From: Amoebophrya sp. A120
Taxonomy: Eukaryota > Protista > Dinoflagellata
Assembly (NCBI GenBank): GCA_905178155.1
Contig: CAJINV010000005.1
Span: 5,855,754 to 5,919,753, forward strand
Length of the DNA stretch: 64,000 nucleotides
Direction: 5' to 3'
The position numbers and the translations under genes are program-made. Of this stretch, positions 49,801 through 61,058 are shown piece by piece (positions within the stretch are counted from its first letter, which is position 1; every line of letters starts with the position of its first letter). The notes under the pieces were generated by a model. It was not told the origin of the DNA. It did not search any database and saw nothing but the letters and a program-made list of their open reading frames with translations.

Positions 49801-52800
49801 AGAGGACGCAAGTCGTAAATTATAAAGAAAAGCAACCGGCACGACCGAGATAGAAACAGGAAGGGACTGGGCGCAGATAGACGAGAGCAGGCGGGCCGTT
49901 CTGGTTTTCTCGCTTTCAGCGCGCGGGGGATTTAAGTGGGGAAAAGGCGAGCCTTATGGCTGTGATGCCGGGCGTGCGCACACCACCACAAAAGGCGTGC
50001 GCCCCACACCATCGGGGCTGCGTGTCCACGCGCCAGCCCCGAGCTGTTTACGCAGGCACCCAACGCGCAAAAGTGTGGGCCGCATACCATCGGGGCTGCG
50101 TGTCCACGCGCCAGCCCCGGGCTGTTTACGCAGGCACCCAACGCGCAAAAATGTGGGCCGCATACCATCGGCGCTGTGTGTACACGCGCCATCCCCGGGC
50201 GGATTACGTAGGCGCCCAACGCGCAAACGCATGGGGCAGCAGCGTGGCAACGAGGCCGCGGCGGCACGCCGGTGGTTTTAGAGGGGGAAGAGGCGGGCCG
50301 TTCTGGTTTTCTCGCTTTCAGCGCGCGGGGGATTTAAGTGGGGAAAAGGCGAGCCGTATGGCTGTGATGCTGGGCGTGCGCACACCACCACAAAAGGCGT
50401 GCGCCCCACACCATCGGGGCTGCGTGTCCACGCGCCGGCCCCGAGCTGTTTACGCAGGCACCCAACGCGCAAAAGTGTGGGCCGCATACCATCGGCGCTG
50501 TGTGTACACGCGCCAGCCCCGGGCGGATTACGTAGGCGCCCAACGCGCAAACGCGTGGGGCAGCAGCATGGCAACGAGGCCGCGGCGGCAAGGAGGGGGA
50601 AGAGGCGGGCCGCTGGGCTTTCTTTTTGCTTTTCCCCAGCATATCAAGCAATTCTTTGCGCAACTACAGCTGATGACTAATTTTTTCGAGTGTACAGCCA
50701 AAACTGCCTTTGCGGGATCCTTTGTGCTATTTTTTTCGAGTGTATCTTGTTCGCGAGGTGTATGCAGCAAACGAATCTTTCACAAGATTGAGAACAACCA
50801 TAGCGCCTAACTCTACAAGGCTGCGGCACTCTAACCCCCAACAATAACTGAAAACACAACTGACAGCAATAAAGTACGCGCATCCTGAAACAAATAAGAT
50901 AGAGAGCCGCGTCGTTTGGTTGTGTACTGTGCTTTTGCCTTTACAGATCGAGAGACGCAACCAATAAGATAGCCGGCCGCGTCGTCGGGTTGTGTGGGCT
51001 TTTGCCTTTACAGATCGAGAGAGACAGCGCGACCAGACCGGGGAAAGTTGGGTGCCCAGGAAGCGGCAGCAATACCATCGGGGGTAATGTTACCCACGAC
51101 GGCACTGCGTCCGATGTTTTTTCTAGGCCTTCGCTGTTTTGGTCGGGTTTGCATGATGTGTGCCCTCTTTAATAGCTTTTTTTCAGCCTACCCAAAACCC
51201 CCACGATACGCAACTTTTAAGAATCCGAAGAGACTCCGAAAAGACTCCGCAAAAGGCGTCGGGAAGATGCGAAAAAAAGCGGCCGCCTTCATCATAGCAG
51301 GCGGCGAAATTTTCGGAGCGAAAAAATGGGAGGCAGTTTCGGATTCTTTGCGGAGTCGCGGATTTGCTGCACTCCGGAGACGCGGACGCGATGCACTCCT
51401 TTGCGGACCATGAAATCGCCCGCGACTTCCAGAAAAGAAGAAAAGCCAAACGGCTCGCCCTGTTCCCGCCTAAGCCCGTCGATCTTCTTGCGAACGAAGG
51501 AGATCAGGGCTGGCCTGAGATGGTGGGCGGGAGAAAGAAAATGGCCAAACGGCGCGCCTTGTCCCCCTCTAAAACCATCGGCGGGCCGCCTTGATATGCT
51601 GCTCGCACTTTTGCGCGCCGGGGGGGGCGCCCCCATATCATAATCAGGCCGGGGGCGCGTGTACACGCCGCCCCGATGGTGTGGCGTCCGCGCCTTTTGT
51701 GGTAGTTGTTAGCGCACGCCCAACATCACGGCCAAACGCCCCGCCTTGCCCCCCTCTAAAACTATCGGCGCGCCGCCGCGACCTCCTTCGCTGCCATGCT
51801 GCTGCGCCACGCGTTTCTTTGCGCGCTGGGTGCCTACGTAATCCGCCCGGGCCTGGCGCGTGGACACACAACGCCGATGGTATGCGGCGCACGCTTTTGC
51901 GCGTTGGGTGCCTGCGTAAGCAGCTCGGGGCCGGCGCGTGTACACGCAGCCCCGATGGTGTGGCGCGCGCGCCTTTTGTGATGGTGTGCGCACGCCCAGC
52001 ACCACGGCCAAACGGCTCGCCTTGTCCGCACCTAAATCCAGCGGCCCCCTGGCGTTAACTGAAAGCAAGAAAACCAGAACGACCCACCTTGTTCGCATCT
52101 CAACACCACGGCCAAACGGCTCGCCTTGTCCCCACCTAGATTCGCCGTTCGCTGAAAGCGAGAAAACCAGAACGACCCGCCTGGTTCGCATCTCAGTCCA
52201 TCGGCATCATTGCGGAAACGGTCGGGGCATGCCTGGCATGCTGGGGAAAAATAAAAACAAATAGAAAGAAAGCCTAACGACCCGCCTCCTCCCCCTCTAA
52301 AACCATCGGCGTGCCGCCGCGGCCTCGTTGCCATGCTGCTGCCCCACGCGTTTGCGCGCTGGGCGCCTACATGATCCGCTCGGGGCTGGCGCGTGTACAC
52401 ACAGCGCCGATGGTATGCGGGCCACGCTTTTGCGCGTTGGATCCCTGCGTGGGCAGCTCGGGGCTGGCGCGTGTACACGCAGCCCCGATGGTGTGGGGCG
52501 CGCGCCTTTTGTGGTGGTGTGCGCACTCCCAGCATCACAGCCATACGACTCGCCTTGTCCCCACCTACATCCGCCGTTCGCTGAAAGCGAGAAAACCAGA
52601 ACGACCCGCCTGGTTCGCATCTCAGCCCATCGGCCTCATTGCGAAAACGGTCGGGGCTTGCTTGATATGCTGGGGAAAAGTAAAAAGAAAGCCAAACGGC
52701 CCGCGTCTTCCCCCTGTAAAACCATCGGCGTGCCGCCGCGGCCACATGGCCACGCTGCTGCCCCACGCGTTTGCGCGTTGGGCGCCTACGTAATCCGCCC

Positions 52801-55054
52801 GGGGCTGGCGCGTGTACACACAGCTCCGATGGTATGCGGCCCACACTTTTGCGCGTTTTCGCTGCCATGTGGTCCAGACCTGCCGCGGATCGCTTTTTGT
52901 GGACTGCGCAAAACGCCGGCAGTTCAAAGCTTCGAAACGCTTTGTGTTAATGTTGCTTCGCCAACAAACCGAGTCGCGGCGGACCGATTATCTTCTGAAC
53001 CGTGAAGAAGCTTTTTCGAGTCGCTGCCCCGTTGTTTTTTGTCTCCGCTTTCGGATTGTTGTCGTAATGTTTTCGGAGTTTTTCGGACGGCCTTGGGAGG
53101 GGGTGCGTTACGGGAGTAAGAAATGCCCTCTCCGCGTAGCGCAAATTACACCTCTTTCGCTCTTCATGCAATACAGATTTCATGTAGAGTCCAGAGGTAG
53201 CATCACAAGTTGTAACCTTCCAGACCCAGACGTATTTGCAATCCATAGGATGAAATAAGTGACGGTTGCGACACACTGGGTGAGGATGATAGACGTCAGG
53301 ATCCAAATCACGGGATGCACGTCCTCCATCGCGTTTCGCTTATACTCCACGATCAGCTGGAAGTAGTGGAGGCCGTAAACCTGATAGAGACAGTTAGAAG
53401 AACAGAAAATGGAAAGACAAAGATTTGTTGTATAGCATGACCAGCCACTAAAAGATCAATTTCTCATGCGCGAAGTGCTAAACTAATAAGTACTGAACAA
53501 TAAAAACACAGAAAGAGAAACTGTGTATACCCCAAACAGCATCAATTTCGCGAAGTAGACCCATAACATGCCGTCCAGCTCCTTGCTAAAGTGCGATCCG
53601 TCGTGCTGCTTCGCTTCAAATTGAAACCGGAATTTGATCCGCGTCTGCGCTGGGGCGCCGCCGTTGGGCCCGACGTATGCGTGGGAAAGCGGGTTGCTGG
53701 TCTGGTCCGTCATGCCGTCTTTGTCCGCTTGGCTGTCGCAGTTGTGCACCACGAAATACCACACGTGCGGACGGATCACCTGCTTCAGCGCGCCCTTCTC
53801 CCACATGGACCAGCCTTGCTCACTCGGGCTTACCGGTAGTTCGGGCGGAGCAGGGTCGTCTTGTTTAGATTCCAAATCCAGACCCTGTGTCACCTGGTTC
53901 TTTATGCTGTCCGAAATCGCGGTCTTAGCCTGGTTGATCATCTTTGTCACGCTGCCACTCGGAATGGTCAGATGCTCGAGCCTATCCTGTGCAAAAGTAT
54001 CGCACTCGTAGTAATCGCATTCATGCATAATTACAAATCTGGTTCCCAAGGCAAATCCGCATTACAAATTCCACTTGTCATGCTGAGCGAATTTGTATTG
54101 CAATGAATTACCACTAGTACGATTACTTTTGCAATGCATAGAGCCCCGTCGAAACCGTGACCTCCCGGTGCGACTTCGCCTATCGCAAGAAAAAACTGTG
54201 ACCCTGCGATGCAGAAAATGAAGCACCAAAGTGTCTCTCTTGCTACACCTGCAAGACATTGGATTTCCAAGCGTGTTTTCCCTTGGGAAGCGCGCATGGC
54301 AAATATTCTCTGATGTCAAGTGTAACAAACTTGTAATGCAGATCTTCCAAAATCATCACAGTAAAGCAGTTTTTTCATGGGATATCGCCAATTTGGGAAT
54401 CAACTTGCAGATGGAGTTCTCCTGCTCTTCTGAGTTGTGCGGGTACTCGTGCGGGTACTTGTTGATGCGCGCACTGTCTTATGCGTTGCAAAAGTATCGG
54501 GCTCGTAACAATAAATCGCAATTATGCATGACAAATGTAACTTTCTAGCTACTCCAGCATGACAAACAAGTTCATTTTTGGATTTTGAGAAAACTTGTCA
54601 TGCAATTCATACTAGAACTTACTTCGATGCTTTTGCAATGCATATGTCCAGGCTGTGGTTTTCCCAGTCCTCGTCGAGGAAAATCGCGAGCTTCAGCGTG
54701 ATGGGTTTTTCCAGAACTCCCGGCCGGCTGGTTTTGAAGCGGACCGCATAGCTTCCCTCCCCGATATCGTAGCCCATCTTGGACACGTACGCCATCGGCG
54801 GATCGAACCGCCCGAGTTGAAAGGAACCTGGAGTGTTGTTTGAGTGATATCTCATGGTGCAATGGCGTCGAAACGAAAGTAATACGTGGGAATAAATTTC
54901 GCACCAGAACCAGATCGATGCAGGAGAGGTCCGCATGACAAAACTCTATTCTACTTGTACCTGTTGTGTATTTTCCCATCGTGTGCTGCACTAGAAGGAG
55001 CAGTTGCTGCAATAGGTGCCACTTATTGTTGCCAAAAAAGCTGCTGTCCGTCAT
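46843..55054 (-). CDS. GPR180/TMEM145-like (intimal-thickness-receptor family) 7TM protein, ~596 aa, 13 introns
   Basis: Motifs RPHVWYFVVHNC, SHFSKELDG, HPVIWIL, HLYAYSYNGYG, LLILIALGYTL and SDFYKVSTLGSSFLP assemble after removing 11 introners and GT-AG introns 54828-54960 and 53381-53530 (CDS 1791 nt). The frame stays open upstream to 56206, so the start is uncertain. Confidence 0.85.
46879..47119. mobile_element. Introner F5, 241 bp
   Basis: DR TGGGC/TGGGC. Confidence 0.9.
47337..47602. mobile_element. Introner F1, 266 bp
   Basis: DR GACTT/GACTT. Confidence 0.9.
47808..47968. mobile_element. Introner F2, 161 bp
   Basis: DR TTCCT/TTCCT. Confidence 0.9.
48029..48301. mobile_element. Introner F1, 273 bp
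   Basis: DR GCACC/GAACC. Confidence 0.88.
48403..48587. mobile_element. Introner F2, 185 bp
   Basis: DR CGAAA/CGAAA. Confidence 0.88.
48669..48903. mobile_element. Introner F5, 235 bp
   Basis: DR GACTT/GACTT. Confidence 0.9.
48996..49274. mobile_element. Introner F7, 279 bp
   Basis: ~30-bp near-perfect TIR, DR AGAAC/AGAAC. Confidence 0.92.
49332..53247. mobile_element. Introner F1 expanded to 3916 bp by a nested insertion
   Basis: F1 TIRs at both ends, DR GGATG/GGATG; removal restores YFI|HLYAYS; 269 bp remain without the cargo. Confidence 0.9.
49478..53119. mobile_element. Non-autonomous foldback-like TIR element, 3642 bp
   Basis: 22-bp TIR TTACTCCC(A/G)TAACGCACCCCCT flanked by GAAAT/GAAAT; GC-rich modular arms ~49890-50650 and inverted ~51540-52855 containing 78-bp subrepeats; no transposase ORF. 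Confidence 0.8.
53983..54140. mobile_element. Introner F2, 158 bp
   Basis: DR GAGCC/GAGCC. Confidence 0.9.
54181..54384. mobile_element. Introner F6, 204 bp
   Basis: DR TCGCC/TCGCC. Confidence 0.9.
54480..54644. mobile_element. Introner F2-type, 165 bp
   Basis: DR TGTCT/TGTCC. Confidence 0.88.
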
Positions 55055-57073
55055 TTTCGTGCGGCTTCGACGCGGTCCGGCGCTTCTTCTGATAGTGCCC
55101 GCATTGTTCTTTTGGTCCGCGCTGGTCCTGCGTCTTCTTTCATCACGTCTTACTCTTATCGTCGTCGCAGAAGATAATTCTGCATGAGTCTGCCTAGCTG
55201 GTGGTAAAGCCACTATACTCGCGGTTCCAGGTCTGAAAGAAATCTTATCGTGGCAAGAACGGCACTGTTCGGTGGGAGTTGTGACGTCACCGTCAGCAGG
55301 ATTTTTCATTGTAGTACTGGACGAAACTACATCTACAGTGGATGCTGCAACCGACACCTTGCAGTCTTTGTCCTCTCGTCGTCCTCTTGGACCATGACCA
55401 CCAGACTGACTTAGCTTTCTTCCGTCATTCGTATCAGCTTCGTGGAGCAACACCGTGTCATTCTGCTTTTCCCTGGTTCGCGCTCGTCTTTTCTCTTCAC
55501 CATACTGGCACAGCCCGGATGTAGACCACGTCGACATGATTATATGATGCAAAGCTTCTCCTGTTGAAGAAAAAGCGGCAAGCGTAAGATTTCTTGCCGA
55601 CTCAAAAACTACGCTACTGATCCTCGATGTTTCGTCTGCACCAGGTCGTGCTGCTGGGGTAGTAGCGGCTTCTGGTTCTGCACTGAGGTGGTGGCATCTA
55701 TCCCTTTTATCGCAAAGGACACTATCTCCCGCGCGAGATGAGGAGCGGCAGATGTTGTAGTTCTCCGACGTAGTCGTTATCCTCGAAGAAGAGGAGGAGG
55801 AGGGACCTGGTGCAGTCATCGGGCTTATTTCTACTTGTGACGACGGACACGACCTGATTCCGAAAGTACTACGCGGCGCACGGCGCATGCAGGCTCTTGT
55901 TGACCTCGACAAAAAAAATGATGTTGAGTGATTGTCACACTGCGCAGTCCCTGCTGTAGTCGTCGTGTGGAAAAGTTGCTTTCCTGTCTTCGAATCCTCC
56001 GCTCCTCCGGCAACGCGTATATTTATTTCGAGGTTAGTCCTGTTCAGTTTCGAGTCCGTCGGTGGTTGTTGTGGCTGGTGATCCAGTGCTTCGTAACCCG
56101 TGGTGCGCCCCCCGGCCTGACGAGCCCTGTTTCGATCATGTGCGCTGGTGCGGCGGCATTGATTCTGCCCGTCTGTTACACCCGTAGAGTCGCGCAGCTG
56201 GTACATATTGCTGCGCTAAGCCTCAGGTGGTCGTTCTTGCGCCGAAATTTAATCTTGCTTCTCGGTTTACGACCCGCTTGCGGTTAGAAGGTGAGACTCG
56301 TCTTCCTGTTTGAATGCTTTTCCAGCGGTGGGGGACCCTCTTCAGCAGTGCGGAAAGAACGTATTTCTTCCAGCAGCAATGAGTTTTGGCTTGAGTGGCT
56401 GAAAAATGAAGTGAATATAAATTGTGAAAGTGTTCAACGGGGGTACAGAAAAGTCATCTGATGATACGACTCTCCGGTTCTAGGTGTAGTCAGTTACATT
56501 GCGTATACAATTGTGGTCTCTCGTCTTGAGGTAGCACCAGAACGTTAGCAATTCTGAATCGTCTTCTAGTACTCCAGATCTCTTCGTCCTTCTCAATCTG
56601 TCACAGGGTTTATCAGCCTGTGTGAAACCACTCTCGTTGGTGCATAACAGTGGAAAAAAAGACTGTGTCTCTCCGCATGTGGGTAGAAAAGGAACGCAAG
56701 AGTTACTTATTTGCAGACTGACTGACAGGCACCAGTCCCAGTGCACAGTCACGTCGCAGAAGTAGACAAACAAACAAGCAGCCTATCATCGACGATATGG
56801 CACGACACGGAACAAGTCCCTTAGTAATTTTGTACAACTTCCGATGGAGGGGCTTCAGCCCACAATCAGCTTCGTCGTCGAAACGTCATATTTTTCTATT
56901 TCCTTGTTCACTGATGCTCTTGACAAATGAGCAACACCTCCTTCGCTGTTTCCACTTCCGTGCAGCTTTCTAAGCCCGCTAGAAGGTGAAAAGCATCTCG
57001 GAACTGGTGTTGCTTACCGAGGAGAAGGGCCTTGGTGTATCCAGCAATGCAAGAAAGTTAGTAGTTGGAATTA

Positions 57074-57748
57074 TTATCCTCGCCGTCGTGTGGTCTGTGA
57101 TATTATCCTGAACAGGTCCTGGAGTTCGACCTGTGCAGCTACCGTATCTTGTATTAAACGCGGCCTCGGCTCAACAAGAGATGAGTACTCTTGACCGCCA
57201 TACCACATTTCGAAAATGACCAAAACTCTACTTGTTCGCGACGACGAGAGATTCCAACCCACTTTTTTTGCAAAGCATATGCTCACCGCAGATCTTATCT
57301 TGGTCACCTCGGATATTGGAGGCGGTCCAGGGTGCAGAAAGGGCCCCTGTACTTGCTCGACACCGGTAGAAGCGAGATGCAGCCCTTGCTGTTCCTCGTG
57401 GTGGCCGGTCGTGAATTTTGGAAAAGTGCTGCCATCATGGTCTCTAGGTGCGCGGCGTAGCTCGTAATCAGTCGGGACTACAACGTAGTCACCACTTCGA
57501 CAAAAGCTCGAGCCGTCGTCCTTGAGTGGCTGATAGCCCCTGGTTGGCGTCAACGGTTTCTTCATTTGTTCGCGATTCAGTTCCAGCTTCTCTTGTGGAA
57601 GATCGACTGCAGCCAGCAGGTCGTCGTGCCCTTCCTCTTCGGCTCCGTCTTCGTTTTTCTGAGATTTGTAGTACTTCTTCTGAGCCTGCTTGTAGTTGTT
57701 CGCGGACAATCCTATTTTTGATGCCTCGGGAGCGCTACAGCAACCCAT
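57074..57748 (-). CDS. Hypothetical protein, 224 aa, with a predicted N-terminal acylation motif
   Basis: ORF starts MGCCS (myristoylation/palmitoylation-type); no family recognised. Confidence 0.55.
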   Translation of the reverse strand: MGCCSAPEASKIGLSANNYKQAQKKYYKSQKNEDGAEEEGHDDLLAAVDLPQEKLELNREQMKKPLTPTRGYQPLKDDGSSFCRSGDYVVVPTDYELRRAPRDHDGSTFPKFTTGHHEEQQGLHLASTGVEQVQGPFLHPGPPPISEVTKIRSAVSICFAKKVGWNLSSSRTSRVLVIFEMWYGGQEYSSLVEPRPRLIQDTVAAQVELQDLFRIISQTTRRRG

Positions 57749-58748
57749 GTTGATTCTTCATATGATCGGTGTTCCTGCAACAACGTTCGTGTAGCTTGAA
57801 GGAGTTGCTTAGTACAAGAGGATGCCCTTGGACGTAGTGGAGCTGCTCGAGCTTGTTGTTACTCTTCCCATCGCTTTTGCCAACGGACACCGACAACATC
57901 ACAGGGGAAAGACGAAGATCTAGATCTGCAATATGACACAGGAAGAAGACGTGGGAAATGTGAAAAACACAACGACATTTCAATTCTGACTCCACCTGCA
58001 ACCGAGTCATTATTCATCATGATCTTGATCATAATCGTTGCGTTTATCATTGCAGACCAAATTATTACCGCCTTACTTCCTGCACTCGTTGTCGAAACAG
58101 AACATCGTGGGCACCCTGTCTCGTCTGTCCCAAACGTGGCATCAAGCCCTCCGGGGTGACACACTGCAACGAGTGCTCGAAGGAAAAAAATTGCTGAATA
58201 CGTTTGACAGGACCACTGAACTTTTCTTCAAATAATTTGTCGTTTTTGCGTGTATTGAAAAAGAAAAATGTGAGTGCATCTGCAATATCTTTATTCGAAA
58301 AAACAAGGAATTAGTTACTGTCTGTGCCTCTACTGCAAAGAAGCAACACAAAAGCAGGGAGCCAGGGGGGATTTCAGAACTACTACAGTTCTTCTACTTG
58401 TTCGCCTTAAGTAGTTCGTCTGGCTTGCTTTATTTCCATACCATTGCGATAAATCAAAATTTGAATCTGACTACAGACTGGTGCTTTAAAACAAAGCAAA
58501 GTCAGAACTACAAGCTCCCCCTAAAGGGAACGAGCATACGGTGACCTCGCTGGTGCTTCAAACTATTTCACTTTAATTTTACGGCACTTTTTCAGAAATT
58601 TATGAATATGTGATGGAAAACAAATTGACATTCAAAACGAAAAGTAGGAAATAAAACGATGAAAGGAGCCTTGCGCCTGCTCCTGCGAGATGAAGTGTGG
58701 CGAAACAAGAGGAAAAAAACAATCATAGAAAAAGACATCTCTTCCTTT

Positions 58749-59747
58749 TCACGGATTTTTGTTTTGTTTGTCCAGAGTCAAAAAAATGTTGGCTCCTTCT
58801 GCGCCGTCGTCCTGCTCGCCCAGCCCTTCCGCGGCCGAGGCTCCTCTTATGAGAGTGCATAACCCCCCCCTCCCCCTCATTTGTCATGCAAAGCCCCAAA
58901 TTCAGTCGAGGATGCCTTGTGGCACTGTTTGCATGACAAATCCCTGAAGCCCAAACAGTATTTTTACATGAAGCACGCAAATTTGTCATGTATTAGCTCC
59001 ACGTGTGCTGGTGTTTGTTGTATTCTTGCCGTTCATGCTATACAAATGAGGGAGAGGGCGAGGGGTTGTGCTCGCTCATAGCCCTTCCCCTGCTACTTCT
59101 TGAACTGGAGCCGCTATGGCTATGGTGCCGGTTCTTGTTGCGCTTCTTGTTCCACCCATGGTGGTGCCCATGACCATACCCTCCACCACGCCTTCTCTTC
59201 CTTCTGCCCCTGCTGCTTCCCATCCCGGACCGCCGCCCGGGCGCCTCCCCGGAATTCGCCATGGCGACGCCAAACCGCGCGGCCATGGCCTGTTCGTACG
59301 CCATGGCTTGCTCGTCAGCTTCGTGATGCTCTTCGAGGAAAGCGTACGGATCTTGTTGTTCGGGTTTTTCTATCAAATGTAAAAATGTCTGGGTCTGAAA
59401 GCGTCATGCTGTTTTTGCATGACACAGAAGGTCTGGCATGGAAGCTCTAGCATCACAGGCTTCGAGAAGCTTCCGCAATGCCGAACCCGCATGAGAAATC
59501 CCCCATTTTGATGGTGACAGAAAGTCGGCAGCTTTTGCTACCTATGCATGAGAGATAATTTTTCTATGTTGTAAAATGCGCATCACAAGTTCGGATACTT
59601 CCAGACCCAGACATTTTTGCATTTGATATTTTCGCTTGCAGCTTTCGGGGTAGTTTTCCTCCTCTCGCCAGAAGCGGTGTTGTGTGGGGAGAGAATAGCG
59701 GCGACGGTTGCCGCAATGTAAGTGCGTCTCGACATCAGCGGGGACAT
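58749..59747 (-). CDS. Small basic, low-complexity protein with 2 introner introns
   Basis: MSPLMSRR...KAASE|KPEQQDPY...SSRGR|GASAAEGLGEQDD...KNP-stop is in frame after removing both elements. Confidence 0.55.
58848..59080. mobile_element. Introner F10, 233 bp
   Basis: TIR present; DR diverged (CCTCT/GCCCT), giving ATA-AGAG|G at the 3' end on the minus strand. Confidence 0.85.
59371..59628. mobile_element. Introner F1, 258 bp
   Basis: DR TTTTC/TTTTC. Confidence 0.9.
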
Positions 59748-61058
59748 CGTCTTCGTGGTAGACCAGCTAGTAGCAGGTTGGTTGTCGGCCGGAAATAAAC
59801 CAGCTAGAGCGTGATGCTGATCGCCGTCCTGCTACTGCTACTGTATTTGTTCAATGCAGCTGATGCGGCACCTAGAAAAAGTTGGAGGCTTTACTTTAGT
59901 TGTAATGAAAACGCGGGTCGTGGTGGTCGTCCAGGCGGCCACTGCGATCATGCCGGGACATGTTTGTTGGAACACATTGCCGAACTGAAACAGAAGAAGG
60001 TGGGTCAACAGAAATCTCGAGGTGCAACTTGAGCTTATATTTGCCTCAGCCTCGGCGGGATCAAAATCAAAAGTCGGAAAACTATAGAAATAGAGTACTT
60101 CTTCTGAGGTGGGGCGAGTTCGAGCCTGATTTTCATATTTTGATTTAAAGAAGTGCAGTTTTTATCTTGATGTCGTTGTTACTTGAACTTGATGAGAGGT
60201 TGCCAGGAAGATATTCTATCGTAACGATATCATCAACGAAGGACGACCGAAGTAGAGCAGCTTAGGTGCCACGCACTACACGACCGACCGCCGATATGGA
60301 ATACGCAACGGCGAACCAATTGGAGAGTTGATACTAAGCACAGTACCGCTTTTGCTTTTGGTGTTGATGCACGTCAACGCGAGCTGCACGACAAGGTTGC
60401 AAGTAAAACTCGTACGACACCGAATTATTAGAAGTGGAGAGAAACTGGAAAAGCACGTTTCGTCATACCGAATTATTTTTGTCTGGACGATGTTGAAGAC
60501 GATAAGTGGTGCTAAAAAAGGCCAGCGGACATAATTGGAGGCTCTTGGACTATTCAATAGATACCTCGACCGATATAAATTTCGCGCTGTTCTTTCACGA
60601 GGAGCCTACTGAGTAAAAGTATTAGTACGTATTCTGGAGAAACTAAAAGCGAAACTACGAAGATCCGCTGGACTAGAAGAACGAGCCTTGTGGACTTGTT
60701 TCTGTTGTGCCATTGTTGAACGCCGATACAGCCACATGATATTGTGCTACTACCTCGTTAGAAGATGAAAAGGGTTTAGTTTTGTGATGCGTTCTCGTGC
60801 GACAGAAGTTGCAACGGAATTAGACAAATTTCTGAATCTGCATGCTCCCTGGTATCGCCACGAGCGTGCGTTCATCTTCATGCGCAGATCCAGATGATCA
60901 AGATGGAGTGATATTAATATGAGTTGTAGTACGACAACAGAACAACTACAACATTGCGGAAACACTATAAACTATTTTGAAAACGCGCAGTCCTTTGTGG
61001 CGTGGAAAAAAACCCAGCGCTGTCTGGAGCGCTGCGGCTGCTCTGCCCAGAATCGACA

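Noticed and set aside
49932-53005. Many 100-280 aa ORFs as a possible transposase
   Set aside because: They are overlapping translations of GC-rich repeats in several frames; no DDE, HTH or tyrosine-recombinase motifs seen.
4256-59500. Recurrent peptides such as CKNVWVWK, FQTQTFLHL and NVTFSTVT in the ORF track as a protein family
   Set aside because: They are translations of the F1 and F5 terminal inverted repeats.
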